NCBI GenBank assembly: GCA_051362555.1
Contig: CM120640.1
Location: 14,012,001 to 14,076,000, forward strand
Direction of reading: 5' to 3'
Length of the DNA stretch: 64,000 nt
DNA from: Lingula anatina
Taxonomy: Eukaryota > Animalia > Brachiopoda
Part shown: positions 11,201-25,500 of the stretch, in pieces
How the letters are laid out: the number at the start of each line of letters is the position of its first letter
Numbering within the stretch: position 1 is the stretch's first letter
The notes under the pieces: generated by a model
Database searches by the model: none
What the model saw: only the letters and a program-made list of their open reading frames with translations
Told to the model about the DNA's origin: nothing
Program-made: the position numbers and the translations under genes

Positions 11201-14200
11201 CTGTCTGCTGCTGTGCCACTATCTCAGTTGCTTAATTAGCTGCAGAAAAATAATCAGATAAATAGATGAGGGCGTATTTGGCAGCCAACGTTGCAGATTT
11301 CCTAGAAAGAAATTATGTAATTAATCCCGTTGTATTGATTGAACTTTTTTCCAGTCCCTGATAAAAAGCTGCGTGGTGGTTACATGCTGTGTTTTCATGA
11401 TGATGGAGAAGGAATGGATCCAGGTGTGTATAATTAATGTTTTATCAATCACGAATGTCTTATCTCTTAAAAAGGTAGTATGTTGCTGGATTACAAGCAG
11501 TGTTTTCACCCCCCCCCCCCCCAAACTCCCTCTAAAGCAATTTGTATTAATATTTGAACCAAGAATTTTATGCCAGAAAAATTGATGTTTGTTTTAAATT
11601 TTTTACAAAAAATATTTCGTAGGTAAGTTTCTTGATGTTCATTTTTTAATTTTTTTTTAAATTAAAGCTACGTTATTTTATTGCTTTTTAAAAATGTTCT
11701 TGAGCACATTTTATGGTATTGAAAATGTTTCATTTCAGATGAATGTGCTGACATTATTACATTTGGCAAATCTCACAAAAGAAATTTTGAAAACCAACAA
11801 ATTGGAATGTATGGCAATGGGCTGAAATCGTAAGCACAACATTTTCATTTTGCCTTTTCCTGCTTTCAATTAGCTTGATAAAGTAAGGTATTTAAGTGTA
11901 CATAAGAGCATAAATTTGAATAGTATTTTATCTGAATCAGTTGTTTGTTTCATTTCTCATAATGAGCACAGTGGAATGCTTCTGTTTCTAGCCAGGTGTT
12001 GCTGTAATTTTTTCAGTCCTACTGCCACCATTTTGTAACCTTGCATGGTAGTACCTACATTTAGTTGTCTCCTTATGGGTACTGTAAGGAATTATTATCA
12101 TCCAAATATGGAAAAAGAGGATTTTCCTGCATCTAATTATTAATAATATATCTACCTTTGTACTGATTTAAAACAAAGAAAATCCCCTTGAAATATTTAA
12201 AATATTGGCATTCATTTCTCTCGTTGCTGTGTGTAAGCATAGGCCACTCAAAGCTTTTATCATCAGTTTAACAGCTTTCTATTTTGAGGTGAGATAGTGA
12301 TCGTTATGGGGCATAACTTCATCCCAGAATAAGATTTTATCATCAAAATTGGCATAGTTGATCACAAGTCTATGGGCCTCAATCCTGAGCCATCATTTTG
12401 CTTTAAATGCTTTGGTTATGGAGTTTTGAGCCCTTGATTACAGATAACCAGAGGCATTAATTTGCTTTGTCTATGATAAAGTCTGAACTAAGACTTTTAA
12501 GAAAAATCTCTAGCACAGTTTAAGTGTATTAAATGGTGTCATTAAATTGGCAATGAAATGCATTTGTGGTTGCTCAGGTAAAGGAGAAATTTGAGAAACA
12601 GATTTTTCTATTTTAACCTCAAAATTGCAAAAATGACATCACCTGTAAGATGACATGTGTTTAAATGTTAATTTAGTTACTGAACACTGAAGATTTATCT
12701 GTTATCCAAAGGAAAGTATGTAAGGCAGTAAATAAGGAGTTTTTGGCAAAGGCCTGAAGTAGCCTTAATTAGTTGATAAATAAAAAAAAAGCACACAAGC
12801 CTCTATGCTATCACGTTAGTCTTTCATAATCCAAAAAGACCTGATAAATGTCTATTTGGTAATTTGACAAAAGTTGCCATACCCCTTTTTTTATTCTTTA
12901 AAGAATTTACTAGGCTAAAAACAAACACATCTAAGATATGAAACTACAAAGAGAGATTCCTGAGATTAGGGTTGAAAACATTTTTAGACTTCTAGCAGCA
13001 GGCCCATAAAGTCCAATTTTTCCCATTAGATTGCAACATATACGATTGCCAGAACAACAATCAAAAACAAGTATTTGATAGTAAGTTGCTATTACCATTT
13101 TTTCTAGGGGCTCCATGAGAATAGGTTATGATCTAATTCTATTCACCAAGAAAGCCAAAGCTTTAACATGTCTGTTCCTGTCAAGAACATTTCATGAAGA
13201 GGAGGGAGTTGAAGAGGCAAGTCAAACAATGACTGAGTGATAAAACTAAAGAGAATACATGTTTGATATGGTAGGGTTGTCAAGAACACTGACTCACATT
13301 AGTTGAAAATGCATCACTTTAAAAGGGAAAGTAGTTTGTGAAAGAAGGTTAACAATAAATAAACAATTAATATAATGAAAATGTTACTTGTATTCTTTAG
13401 ATTGGGATGTGATTATTTATGTAGACACTGTTAGTGTCTGTGTATATCTGATTACTATCTGTCTGTATGGACATTGCATGGAGTAATATTGATTACTCTT
13501 TTTCTGCTTAGTGTCTCTTTATTTGCCAGTTCCTTTTTGTAAAGGACATTGTGCTCAGTTTTTTGTTTTAATGATAACATTTTAGGTTGTCGTTCCCATT
13601 CCATGCTTTGATGCTGATACGTGTAAACCAGTTGCCAAAGGTGCCCGAGCACAAGAAAAGGTTGGTAAATAGCAATGTGCAAGTCTGCTGCGTGAACCAA
13701 CTGTAACCTAACGCTGTGAAAAAAAAAAGATTCTTGACTCATAATCTTTGAATGGAAAGTATCTCATTACCTTTGAGGGTATTTTATCAATAAAGCAGCT
13801 TTATATCATATGAGAAGAACAAAACTGATGAAAGTATATTGGTTTTGTTTATTTTTCAGCATGCTGTTGAGATGGGCCTTATCCTTAAATATTCCCCTTT
13901 CAAAACAGAGGAGGAGGTTATGAAACAGTTTAAAACTATTGATTCTGCATCAGGAACTCTACTTATAGTTTACAATTTGAAATTGCTGGACTCTGGGGAG
14001 CCTGAGCTGGACGTTCTTTCAGTACCAAATGATATTCTCTTGTCAAAATCCAGTGTGGATGACTTTGACACAGAAGATGGGTAATCAGTTTTTATATACA
14101 GGCACTATATGTACAAATGTTTTTATTTTTGTTTATTTATTTATTTTTTTTCGGGGAAAAGATGGTGCCACTGTATTATGCACCCTAGCTTTATATGGCT

Positions 14201-15419
14201 CTCAAATTGATATTTTTATATGAAATCAGAGGACACCAATGTTAAAAATGTAATTTATTTTAGAACATATTAAGGGCCCATTATATCTTTTAAGGAATTA
14301 TCATTTTAGTCATTATAAATGTACTATCCATTTTTTTAGATTTTAGATTTAGATTTTTTTTCTTGTCATATATTTGTGCATCCATGAGTGACAAACCCTA
14401 TTTTTTTAAGTAGAAAAGAACTATTAAGTGCTTCGCCTATGGCCCTTACAAAAGGCAGCAGTTTCAAAGTTCCTTCATCTTTTCCAGGTTGATGCCAGAG
14501 AGGAGATCATTTAGAGCCTATGCTGCATTACTGTATAATGAGCCTAGGATGAAAGTGTACATACAGGGAGAAAAAGTGCGGACTAAAAAACTAGCCAGCT
14601 GTCTATACAAACCTAAATGTTATAAGTACACATCCAGTAGATTTAAGGCTAGATCAGAAAATGAAGTGAAGAAGGCTCAAGAAGAAGCAAAAATATGTAA
14701 GAATTTGGAAACTTTTCTTGCTTGCATCATTGTAAGCCAGGGGCGGATTTAGGCCGTCTTCTGGGTCTTCCGGAAGACGGTCAGATTTTCAAGTTTACAT
14801 TGACGGGTATCTAATTTTTTCTGTCGGAAGACGGTCAAAAAATGGAGGATGGACCAACAAATATAATATGGAAGACTGTCAGAAAATATCTCTGGGTCCG
14901 CCCCTGTAAGCCCCCCCCCCTCCCCCCCCCCCCAAAAAAAAATGGTCACCCTGTATCTGTGAAGTTGGATGTAAAAGATAATTGAAAGTTTTATATTATG
15001 TCATAATTGTGCCATACCATTTTGAAAAGTATATTTTACATTTATTTCTTTTTAGTAAAAGAAGAATAAAAAGTAAATGGTATGCCTGGCAAAAGTCCTA
15101 CAAATACATTTAGATGATCATGTTTCTACTGTCTTACTATTTTTGTGATGATATCAGGCTAAAACAAGCCAAATCTTTACTTCAGATTATATGTTAGTCA
15201 TTTCAATTTTTCCTTTTCAAGCTGAATACAAGGCAAAAGAAGCCTTAAGTAAATCAAAAGACCTTGAAAAACGGATCTCTAATTCAACTTCTAAAGAACT
15301 GAGGGTAGGTATCATATGGCACAATAAATGATATATAATTTTTATGTGCAGACTTAGTGTTGTGTGCGTGTGTGTATTCTGGTCACTCTGAGCCAAGTGG
15401 TTTTCTTCTTTTGACTTCA

Positions 15420-15467
<48 letters not shown>

Positions 15468-18400
15468 AATTTGTTTTTATTCAGTCAAGTAGAGTAAAGT
15501 ATTGTTGAAACCATTAAACTATGATGAACTGTGATGATACAAAAGAACCAGGTCATTCCATGCATTATTGCATTGACCTCAATTTAGTGCAGATAAGGAC
15601 TAAATGTTTAAACCATATCTGTTTTAATTTAAAGGTGGGATTTGTAAGTACTTTAAGCCTGCATTCATTTAAGCTTAAATATAAAATCATCTCAGATGAT
15701 TCTTTCCTGTTGCTGTTGAATATTTTAAGATCTCTGTTGCTTGGATTCCAGGCTGAAATGCGAAAGGCTCAAGCTACAGCAGTTGAGTTGCAAAAAGACG
15801 CCCAGTTAAAAAAACAGATTGCAGAGAGGCGGTCAAAGTAAGTGCTAGTTATCCTTATAGAGGACTTTTATAACCTATTTTATTCCAGGTCTTTGCTTCG
15901 CTTTGTATCTTTCCCTTTACTTCACCATACATCATGCCTAGATGCCATTGAGTCTTTCTTTGAATTTCTTTATTGAATGTCTGGATATGTAATGCTTTTA
16001 ATGTCTTATTGTATTTGAAACTCAGAAGGAGGGGGGGGGGGTTTGCTAGGATATTGTTGATCTCTTAGAAGCAAGATCACCATAATTTCCATAAAACTTG
16101 CAAGTTTTTATATATCAGTTGCCAGTAGCTCTAAAGAAATTAACTGGATGTTATCAATTGCTGTATATTAAATTATTTGTAATATTATTCATTTATTTGC
16201 AACAGTAAGTTCTCCATATACAGACAGGAAAAATCTTGCTTTGCAAGCTTAAAAACTATATGTTTTACACTGCTAACATTAAAAAACTTGTCATTGTCCG
16301 AAAGCATTTACCAAGTTGATGAACCTTTTCATTTCATAAACCACTTTTTACTTAATTTGTTGTCAAGATCTCTCAAGGATCCCAAGACTCTGAACTTCAT
16401 CTTTGGAATCAATCTAAGCAACAGAAATCAGTACGGCATGTTTGTATACAACTGCAGCAGGTTAATCAAAATGTACGAAAGAGTGGGGCCACAATTAGAT
16501 GGAGGGGTGTAAGTATACTACCAGTGAATCATTTATATTTCAGTGAATCATTTATATTTCAATTGAACTCATGCTCTCAACAATAATGTTTCCAGATTAT
16601 TGAGATACCAGACCTAGTAATTCCTGGCTAATCTATATTTTAGTTTACCACAACAACTGTCACTATTCAGGAATCATTCAATGAAAAACTTGCATTATAC
16701 CAGACTAAGTGTTATCAAACAATATTTAATGTTTTTGTGCTGTTGTTTAACAAACAGATGCTGTCTAGAATGCTACAAGAAAAAAAAATGACACCCAAAA
16801 GTAGATGCAGATTACATTGTGAAATATAAAATGATTCCTTTGGCAGGTTTTGCAGTGGTGTTATTGGCATAGTAGACGTGCCCTATTTGGTTCTAGAACC
16901 CACTCACAACAAACAGGACTTTGCAGATGCCAAAGAGTACAGACATCTGATGAAAGCCATGGGGGAACATCTCAAGCAATATTGGAAAGACACGGGGATT
17001 GGTGAGGAATGAACATAAGGATTGAAAAAGAATTTGAATAGAAATCTCAGATTTCTTTCTGACTTTGTTTCCATAGCTTGGGAGGATAGAACCATAACAG
17101 CATTGTCTTTCAGATCGACTTCATGTAAAACTGGTGCTATATGCCCTGGATTAAAACCAACCTATTTTTCTGTAAATTTAGTATTTCTTGGAATGTTTTA
17201 AGTGCATAAGATGTGCTGTACATACATGTGCATATGTTACGCTGTAAACCTTGGACCATTTTGTTCTTATATCCTGCCTGTTTTCAGTAGAGGAAATATT
17301 AAATTCCAACTTAAAGCCATTTATCTCAATTTAAAATTGTTTTCTCACTTTATTATTTCAGCTAACCAAGGAGTCACCACATTTTGGTAAGTGAGCCATT
17401 GCATTGTTACCAGTTGTAGGAAAAATTTAAAACAGCTCATATTAATATGAACTGAAATAATGTCTTTTTAAAGTAGGTGTCTTATATAGTGTCCACAATT
17501 TTTGTTTATTTACTCATTTCAGGGAGAATTTCGGTTACATCAGTCCCAACTGGAAAGCTCCTCCGTCCGATGACCCAAAATATTTAAGAAAGCGAGCCAT
17601 GCAAGTTAGCATGTGCATTCAATGTGGTAGGTTGTATTTTTGCTTCTGAACCCCATTGGAATCAATAAGTTTCTGTCCTTCATAATTATACCAGAAGTAA
17701 AAATTGTTAAGCTGGAGTTGCATTATACTTTCCCATATTGGTTTTTATTTGGTCTTTGTATTGCTATCACTTAAATATGCTAATGAATCACAAATGATAA
17801 CACTTCACATTTTTATGGGGCAGATAGCCCCCTTTTCTCTTTTTGATTCAAGACCACATGTTAGAAAGGAAATGTATACATATCAATATTTTTCCTCCAG
17901 ATGAGTGCCTGAAATGGAGAATGCTTCCCTTTTCCTCCAGTAGTATTGGTAAAGTGTATCCAGATAACTGGGTTTGTGCCATGAACCCTGACCCTTCACA
18001 TAACAAGTAGGTGAACACACCCACGCAGTCACGCACACACACACACACATGCCTCTGAGTCCAGTACATTAAGAGTTAGAGGATGGTTTCCATGTTTGAC
18101 TGCCAGATATCACAAATCTTAAAGCAGTGGGACAAGATGTTGAAGGGAGCTCGTAATTTCACTTTTGTTGAATATGGAAAAAAAATATGACCCAGATTTT
18201 TGTTTTACCTTTACTATCTTAAAAAAGACTTCAATCAGAGTGGTTGTCTTTTTTTTCTAGATGCTCTGCCCCAGAGCAGAAGTTGAATATACCAGAGGGT
18301 GTCCTCAAAAAGGAAGTCCGAACTAAAGACCAGAAAGAAAAGGAACTTGCAGAAGTGAGTATTACATTTTGAAAGTTTGGACATAATGCTTGTAGGCTAC

Positions 18401-21220
18401 TTTCCCAGTAGCTTTTCTTTATTATTTTATAACTCACTAACAGTCAAGAATTCTTTGACTAGTATTTTGGAATGTCAACGTTTATCAAAGAAGCAGACAC
18501 CTTTTAGAATGCATATTTTTCTTTTACTTATTATCGTATTCCCATTTCAGGAAATAAAAAAGAAGCAAGAAAAGTTGAAAGCCATGAAGGTATCTTTTAT
18601 TTTTATGTTTTATTAGAGGCAAAATTTTGAAACAAAAATAAATAATACCTAACAACTTTTTTGTTTTGGAATACAAGCTTTGAAATGAATTCAGTTAAAA
18701 CTTTGATTGAAACAACAAAAGTTATGTTCATATTTGGGTATATTTATATGTATTTCTTTTCTAGAAAACACAAGTTGTTACGTCATCACGGCAAGGAAGG
18801 CAGCTTTTAAGAAAGAAACAAGAAGAAGAAGAGGAAGATGAGGATGAAGAAGATGAAGAAGAAAGTGAAGAGGAAGATGAGGAGGAGGAAGAGGAAGCAC
18901 CAGCTCCTCGGAAATCTGTAAGTACAGAATTTGTCTTCATACTGGAAATAGAAGCATGTGATTAGAAAGTTATACACAGAGGGTAAACAAACTAGTAAAG
19001 AAGATAGATAGTAGGCACAAGACAAAATGCTGTGTATATAAAAATATCAATATGATGGTGTCTAAGAACAAGATAATTGTTTTGCCAAAGGATTTGTTAC
19101 TCATATTATTTTGCATTTCACTTAATCTCATTTCCCAGCGCGAACCTCAACGCAGACCACCTCCAGCAAAATCCAGTAGAATCAAAGTTCCCCCCTCCCC
19201 ACCCACTGCTAAGTCCAGGTCCACCCCTGCCAGGCCAGTCTCTTCCACAGCAGCAGACAGCAGAAAGACGGCTCCGGCCTGGGCAGACAACAGGAGAAGA
19301 TCTGACACTACCACCACCACTACTACTACTACTACACCAAAGGCCACGCCCCCACAAGTGACATCTACCAGACCAGAGCCCAGTAAGAAGACTGTGCCAA
19401 CCAAAGCCCCAGCTGTGACCACCACTAAGACAGCACCAGTGTCTAAGGTAGGGACAGGATAACTAGGACATTCAGGATGCCTTGGTACCCAGAGTCCTGT
19501 ATTAAGTGATGATTTTGCCTTCACTTAAACCATAAAATGCAATGCCAGGAGCCTTTAGAATACTTAAATAAGGATCATATAATTGTGTAAAGTCAGTGGA
19601 GTTTCACTGGTTCTAAGTACTGAAAAATGTGCACATTGTGTAGAAATATTTTACTAAAAGATGGCATTAAGTCATGGCCTCCACAATTTGAAACTTGCAT
19701 GTCATAAATATTTCCCAACACTTCTCTTTTAACCTCGAATCAGACAAAATTATTTTTCAGAAATGTTTGAAATGTATTTTCACCATTGAATTAACAGGTG
19801 ACAGAAACCAAACCTGCTGCAGCTGCTGTGAAAAGAAAGGCCTCTGTTACATCAGTTGTGTCTTCAATAGCAAGTGAAGAATCAGACATGGACGAGGTGC
19901 CTTCCAAGAAAAAAAGTTTCATTAAGGTAGCATATCTGCTTCTTTCCAAGATTTTATAGTGGATTCTTTAATGATATCTTAGGCTGCTCAGTATGGGATA
20001 ACCTAAATATCTTTAAAGGCTTTTTATTTCATGTAAAAACTGTCAGTATGTTTTTCTTCTCTCTTGGACAGGAAGATGAGAAGGAAATTAATAATGATAT
20101 TAAAGAAGACAGTGCTGTGGAAACAAATTATGATGATGTTTCGATGAGTGAAGATGGAAAGGACAGTAAGTTTCTAAATATATTACTGTTATTGTGTTAT
20201 GGAACTGTCAGTTTGAGTTGATCCTTGATGTCTAGTTCTAATGGTTAATTCAAGTGTGTGAAAGTCTTTCAGTTTTATAAGTAGGACTTCAGAACATCAT
20301 TGTGGGCTTTTGAAAAAAGAAGTTGTATGATCTTACATTTTAAGTTTTGTTTTTAGGTGAGATTGGAAGGAAAGTGGATGCTTGGATCAACAAAGATTGG
20401 TAAGCATTTTCAAATGAGAATTTTTATGTGGTATGTGGTGAAGAAATAAAACTGTCATTTTTTCTGTTGCTTTCATAGCTGTTGTCTACAATGTCTAAGA
20501 TCACTGCGGTGCCTTTAAGCACCTATCTGTGCATCCAGCAACTTCATGGTAACCATCTTCACAAATTCATTCCTTCTAAATTCATGTTTGCTGTAAGCAA
20601 GATTTAATGAAGTTGTCCCTGGTTTTATGTCCTGTGAGCAAGAGTTGTAATTTCATGCAGTGTCTCTCTTTCACAGCTAGCACAACCACAGCCAGGAGTA
20701 CACAATTACAGCATTGTACTGGAAATGCACAGAGCATGAGGCCTAAAGCCCATTCTATAAAATTTTGTCCAATAATTTTTTCAATAAACAATCTTTTCCA
20801 TAAATAGTTTCACGTGCAAACTGCAATTCTGACAAAATGAAAGTAACCAGATAATTTAAAAAACAAGAATGTTCATTTTTTGTTGTTTAACCATAATATA
20901 GTTGTCTTAAAAGATACACAGGTTGAAGGTAGTCTCTAAGATGTATGGAGCCTTTTACATATTGAAAGGTACATAGCTTTAGGCCTATAAATTACAAAAC
21001 ATGAGTTTTCCTGGAATTTTTTTTCATCTTTTTTAGGTCTAGATTTTCTTTTTTAAATAATTCTAATAATGGAGATGAAACTGGTAAATAAAAGTTTTGA
21101 TGGTAAAAATACAAAATATGAACTAATTTCAAAAAATGAGTTTATAGGTCATATTTTGCTCAACAGTTTTGAAAATTGTTGAAGTTTACAGGGTATTAAT
21201 TAATTAATTAATTAATTAAT

Positions 21221-21267
<47 letters not shown>

Positions 21268-22494
21268 TTTGCTATATAAAGATCTAAAATGCATCATGTG
21301 TCATTACTGGGAACAAAAAACCATGCAGTTCAAAAAGTCATGTACAACTGATACAAAGATAAGCAGATAAAGTGTTTACAGTTGTGAAATTGCATTCTTA
21401 TTCTTTGCGAGCTCTCAAAATCAGCTTAAATCCCAGGTAACATGTCAACTTATGATAAAACTATTGAATTGCAGTGAAGTAGGTCACAAGGTTAAGCTTG
21501 GGAAGCATTCTGTCAAAATCAACCATGTTATCTTGTTGTTGTTATTATTATACAATGACAAAATGACCAAATTGTGTTCAATAAATAGGACATTTTCAAA
21601 GATGCCGCTTTTTAAAGTATGTAAGCCCTAATAACAATGTGGTGATTCTAAAAACAAAGCAATACAATGACCCCATAACCACAAACCTGTGGACCTCCAC
21701 ACCCTTCTTTTGTTATAAATATGTCAGTAAAAATCAAAGAAAAATATCCTATACACCTTGAAGGATATGAAGGGAATTCTTTGTCTTTTGTAGGCACGCT
21801 GGCAAAGTAGTGAAAGTAAACAGGCAGCAGCAGAAGTGGAAAATTAAGTTTGACAAGTACCCAAAGGACAAATACGATAAATGGTAAGAGTGCATGAAGA
21901 GTTGCCTAATCTTGTGCGTGCATGTTATGTGTGGTGGGAGAAAACTAGAATGTGGGACCAAAACAAGATGATTCAGCCTTCTACTCTTATGGTCAAATGT
22001 TCGTAACTGGGAATCGTAGCAATAAAGAAAACTCGTCCATCCATGTCCAAATAATTGTGACAACTTTTGCTGAAATCTTTGAGCAAGGTTCAGTGAGCAT
22101 ACTTAATTACAGCTTTTAGACTATCGTTCCAGATAGAGCTGCTAAAACGGTATACGCATTAAATGATTTACCTGTACTTAATTGACCTCTGAAGATTAAC
22201 AATGCCTGTGGCTGGATTTAGTCTGTCATGGTATATCTCTTACTGGTTATGATTTAAGGCCATAACCAGAAAGAAATTTTTAAAAGATTTAATATTAACT
22301 TTGTGAAGAAGTAGCCAGGTTAACCTCTGCTGTGAGAAACCTGTGGAGTCCTGAACAGGTCCCTACGATAGGCAGGCTGAGGGGGTGTGGGTGGGATCGT
22401 GAGGGGAGGGGGGTTGGAAGTTGTATAGGGGTTCCCCATTAGATAGACCTACCTGCTCTATTGGTGGTTTGCAAACAAAGTGGCCCCTCTTCAG

Positions 22495-22552
<58 letters not shown>

Positions 22553-25500
22553 ATAACTAAACAACTTAAAAATAACAGTTTTTTTTTTTTTAACAAACCC
22601 AAAGAGAAAATATAAAAATATATTCCTCTTTATATTCTTTTCCTTTTTGGTATATACCAACTTACATATAATTTATATTTTTCTTTTGTTCTATGAAGGA
22701 CAGCATATAATGTCACTAGAGTTTGCCCTTTTTTGCCCAGTTGAATAATCCCTGTTTAAAAAAAGAAAGAGAAAGAAAGACTTTGCTTTGAAAAAAGTAC
22801 CAGCTGTTCACATCTCAATAGTCAAAATTTTGTGGAAGCATCTGGCTCAGCCTGGCTGTGATTAATCATGGTCTAAGATTAATTGAAAATACAAGTGTAT
22901 ATTTGTGTGTCTTTTTTTGTTTAAGTGAATCGAGTTCTTAATACTGAATAGTAATGTTTCTGTGTTGACATTCTCTGGGGTCGGAAGTATAACTTGAATT
23001 ATTTTTCTTACCTGAACCTGTTCACCCAATAAATAACCATGTATAACATAATACTATTCAAAGACTTCCACGGGCTTTGGTCTGCAGTATATGTAAATGT
23101 TTTTTCTTCTTCTATTGACATCTTTCTTTTTCTTCTCCTTTCCTGGTGAACCACCAGGTTGAATAGAAATAAAGTGATCTGGTCAACCTTGCCAAAAATT
23201 AATTACCCGATATGTGTAATGAGTTAACTTTGCCTGGGGTGGTTGTCATGCTAATTGATCGATAGGTAGAACTTGAAACCAGTTTTTTCAGCATACCCCT
23301 CTCAATTTTCTTTTTTAAACAAGATAAAGTTTACACGTCTGCAATAGTGTTAACAACTGCAAAATGAAACAGTTATATTTGATATCTGATGTATGAGGAT
23401 TTCATAGCCTTTGTGTCTTGGCCCCGTGTGCCCCAGGCGGGTTCCCTTTTGTCCTCTTCTCCCTGATATTGACACATCCTCATAATGTCTGCGGCAATTA
23501 AACTGCTATTTTAATTTGTGTTTTACAAGTTAGCTGCTCAGTTTTCAACCTAACACTGGTATTCATGGCCACATCCCTTGACAAGCAGATGGCATTATTT
23601 GGGCAAAAGCCTGACATAACTTTCAATATACACTACACACAGGCTTCAGTTTATTTAGGGGATGCCAGGAGGGGGCAAAACATTACACTCCTAACAAAGT
23701 AATATCAAAGCAGATTTTCTTACTGCTTACATACTCACTGGGTATAAGATTTCAGGCTCTAGGCATACTTCAACACTGGTTATTGAGAGTAATTACAAAA
23801 GAGATTTTGTCGGAGATTCATTTGAAGGTGTTAATAAACTAATTCCTCCTAAGGCCATGTAGTGCTGGGCTGCCATTGAAATGTTGTCTTTTATTGGAAA
23901 GATATTGCAAAAAAATGTACTGTTACTGGTGTGAAGGATCTGTATTTATATGATAACTTTGACTCTTTGGGTGATATGTTAAAATTGTATTGGTTGAAAT
24001 TCCCCTGTAAGTTGTACATGTAGTTTGTCTCAGTCATATGAATTTTCTGACTCCAAACAGAACTTCAATATCAAGGTTACCACAATGAATCCAGTTGTGC
24101 TCGTTAAAACACATATCCGTAAATGGAGGGGAAAAAAGACCAGTGCAACAAAAAATGTGTATCACAGTGGTACTTTTAGTAGATAATCAAAATATGCCCT
24201 CAACGAAGTGTGCTTAAATGCTCAAAGTTGACAGCTCTAAAGGACACACTTTTAAAGACATTGACAAGGAAAATGTCAACCTGTGAAATGGCGCACCACT
24301 TCACTGTCCTTCAGTCTCCATAATGGTCTGGCCTACACCTCTGTGAGGCTGGTAATCTTGTAGTAGACAGAGAACGAATTACCCACGGCACACTCCTCTC
24401 ATTTACTTCCCATTTGGACAAATGGGAGGCACACTTTTGGCTAGGTAGCTGTAATGGCCAGGGAGAAATGGGGAATTGATTGGGCTGGGCGGGTGTGAAG
24501 TGCCTGTGGGACTGGGGTCATTTGTGGAGGGGAGGCACCTCCTCTGCTGATTGTGAAAAACCTTTTGTTGGAAGTTAAGTGTTCTAGAGGTGTTAAGTGT
24601 GGTCTGCGTGGTGTGGCTCTGTACCGGCACTGGTCTCTGTCAGGGACTGAACAGCACTTTGTGTCGTGTGGTAGACGTTCATTCTTCCCTTACATCATGT
24701 CACAGTGTCCTGGATCTGAGTGCACATGGTGCATAGTTCAGAAGCCTTATGTAACTGATAAATACAAACGACCCAAAGACCCAGTATTGTGAACATATGG
24801 TGTTTTGTAGCCTGTTGATATCAGAAAAATGAAATTATACATAATCCCAATTTTTTTTTTTTTACACAATACCTTTAGATATTTTAAACAGAGTAATTCA
24901 CCCAAGGGATATAACGGTAAATGATTGTAGAGTATAGTTTCAAGACAGACGTTTATGGTACAATGGTATCTACCTGAGCCTTGAATCTGTTCATTTCAAC
25001 TGGCACCATACCTGTTTCATGTAAGATTTAATAAGTTATTGAACATAAAGATTCTGTGGACAAACCCCCTATTGTACTTTCACTCTTGGTATGTGGCACA
25101 CTTCCTGGCAGTGTGGGCAGCAGATGACCAATCAGACTAGACAATAAGAACCAACCCATGTTATACCTTTAGATTGGTCACTTAACACTGGTCAATATGG
25201 GGCATTTAAGGAATTGTCCATTTAAGAAATTGCCAACTTAGTGAAAGTACACGTCTCCTTATCCCTTAATTTTGCCAGCCACGAGGGCATTCTATTAGAT
25301 AGGGCATCAGTTTTCATTGACAGTTTTTGTGAGTCTTTTGTAGGTTCTTATTAGAGACTATTAAATCTTCCTTAATAATTGTGGCAGTGATTGAAGATTT
25401 CTTGAATATTGTCCTGTCATCTGTTACTTTTGGCCTTATGTCTAGAAAATATGTCTGTGACTGGTTGAGTAAACATTTAAATATTTCCTATTTTTGGTTG

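Noticed and set aside
12250-12780. Possible second degenerate Helentron-type element
   Set aside because: General resemblance only; sub-terminal inverted repeats could not be defined.
19118-19524. Antisense and alternative-frame ORFs over the Pro/Thr-rich MORC2 exon (similar cases at 25732-25989 and 34840-35115)
   Set aside because: Shadow ORFs of real exons with no independent support.
22363-22660. Poly-Lys and poly-Phe ORFs
   Set aside because: Translation artefacts of a poly-T tract.
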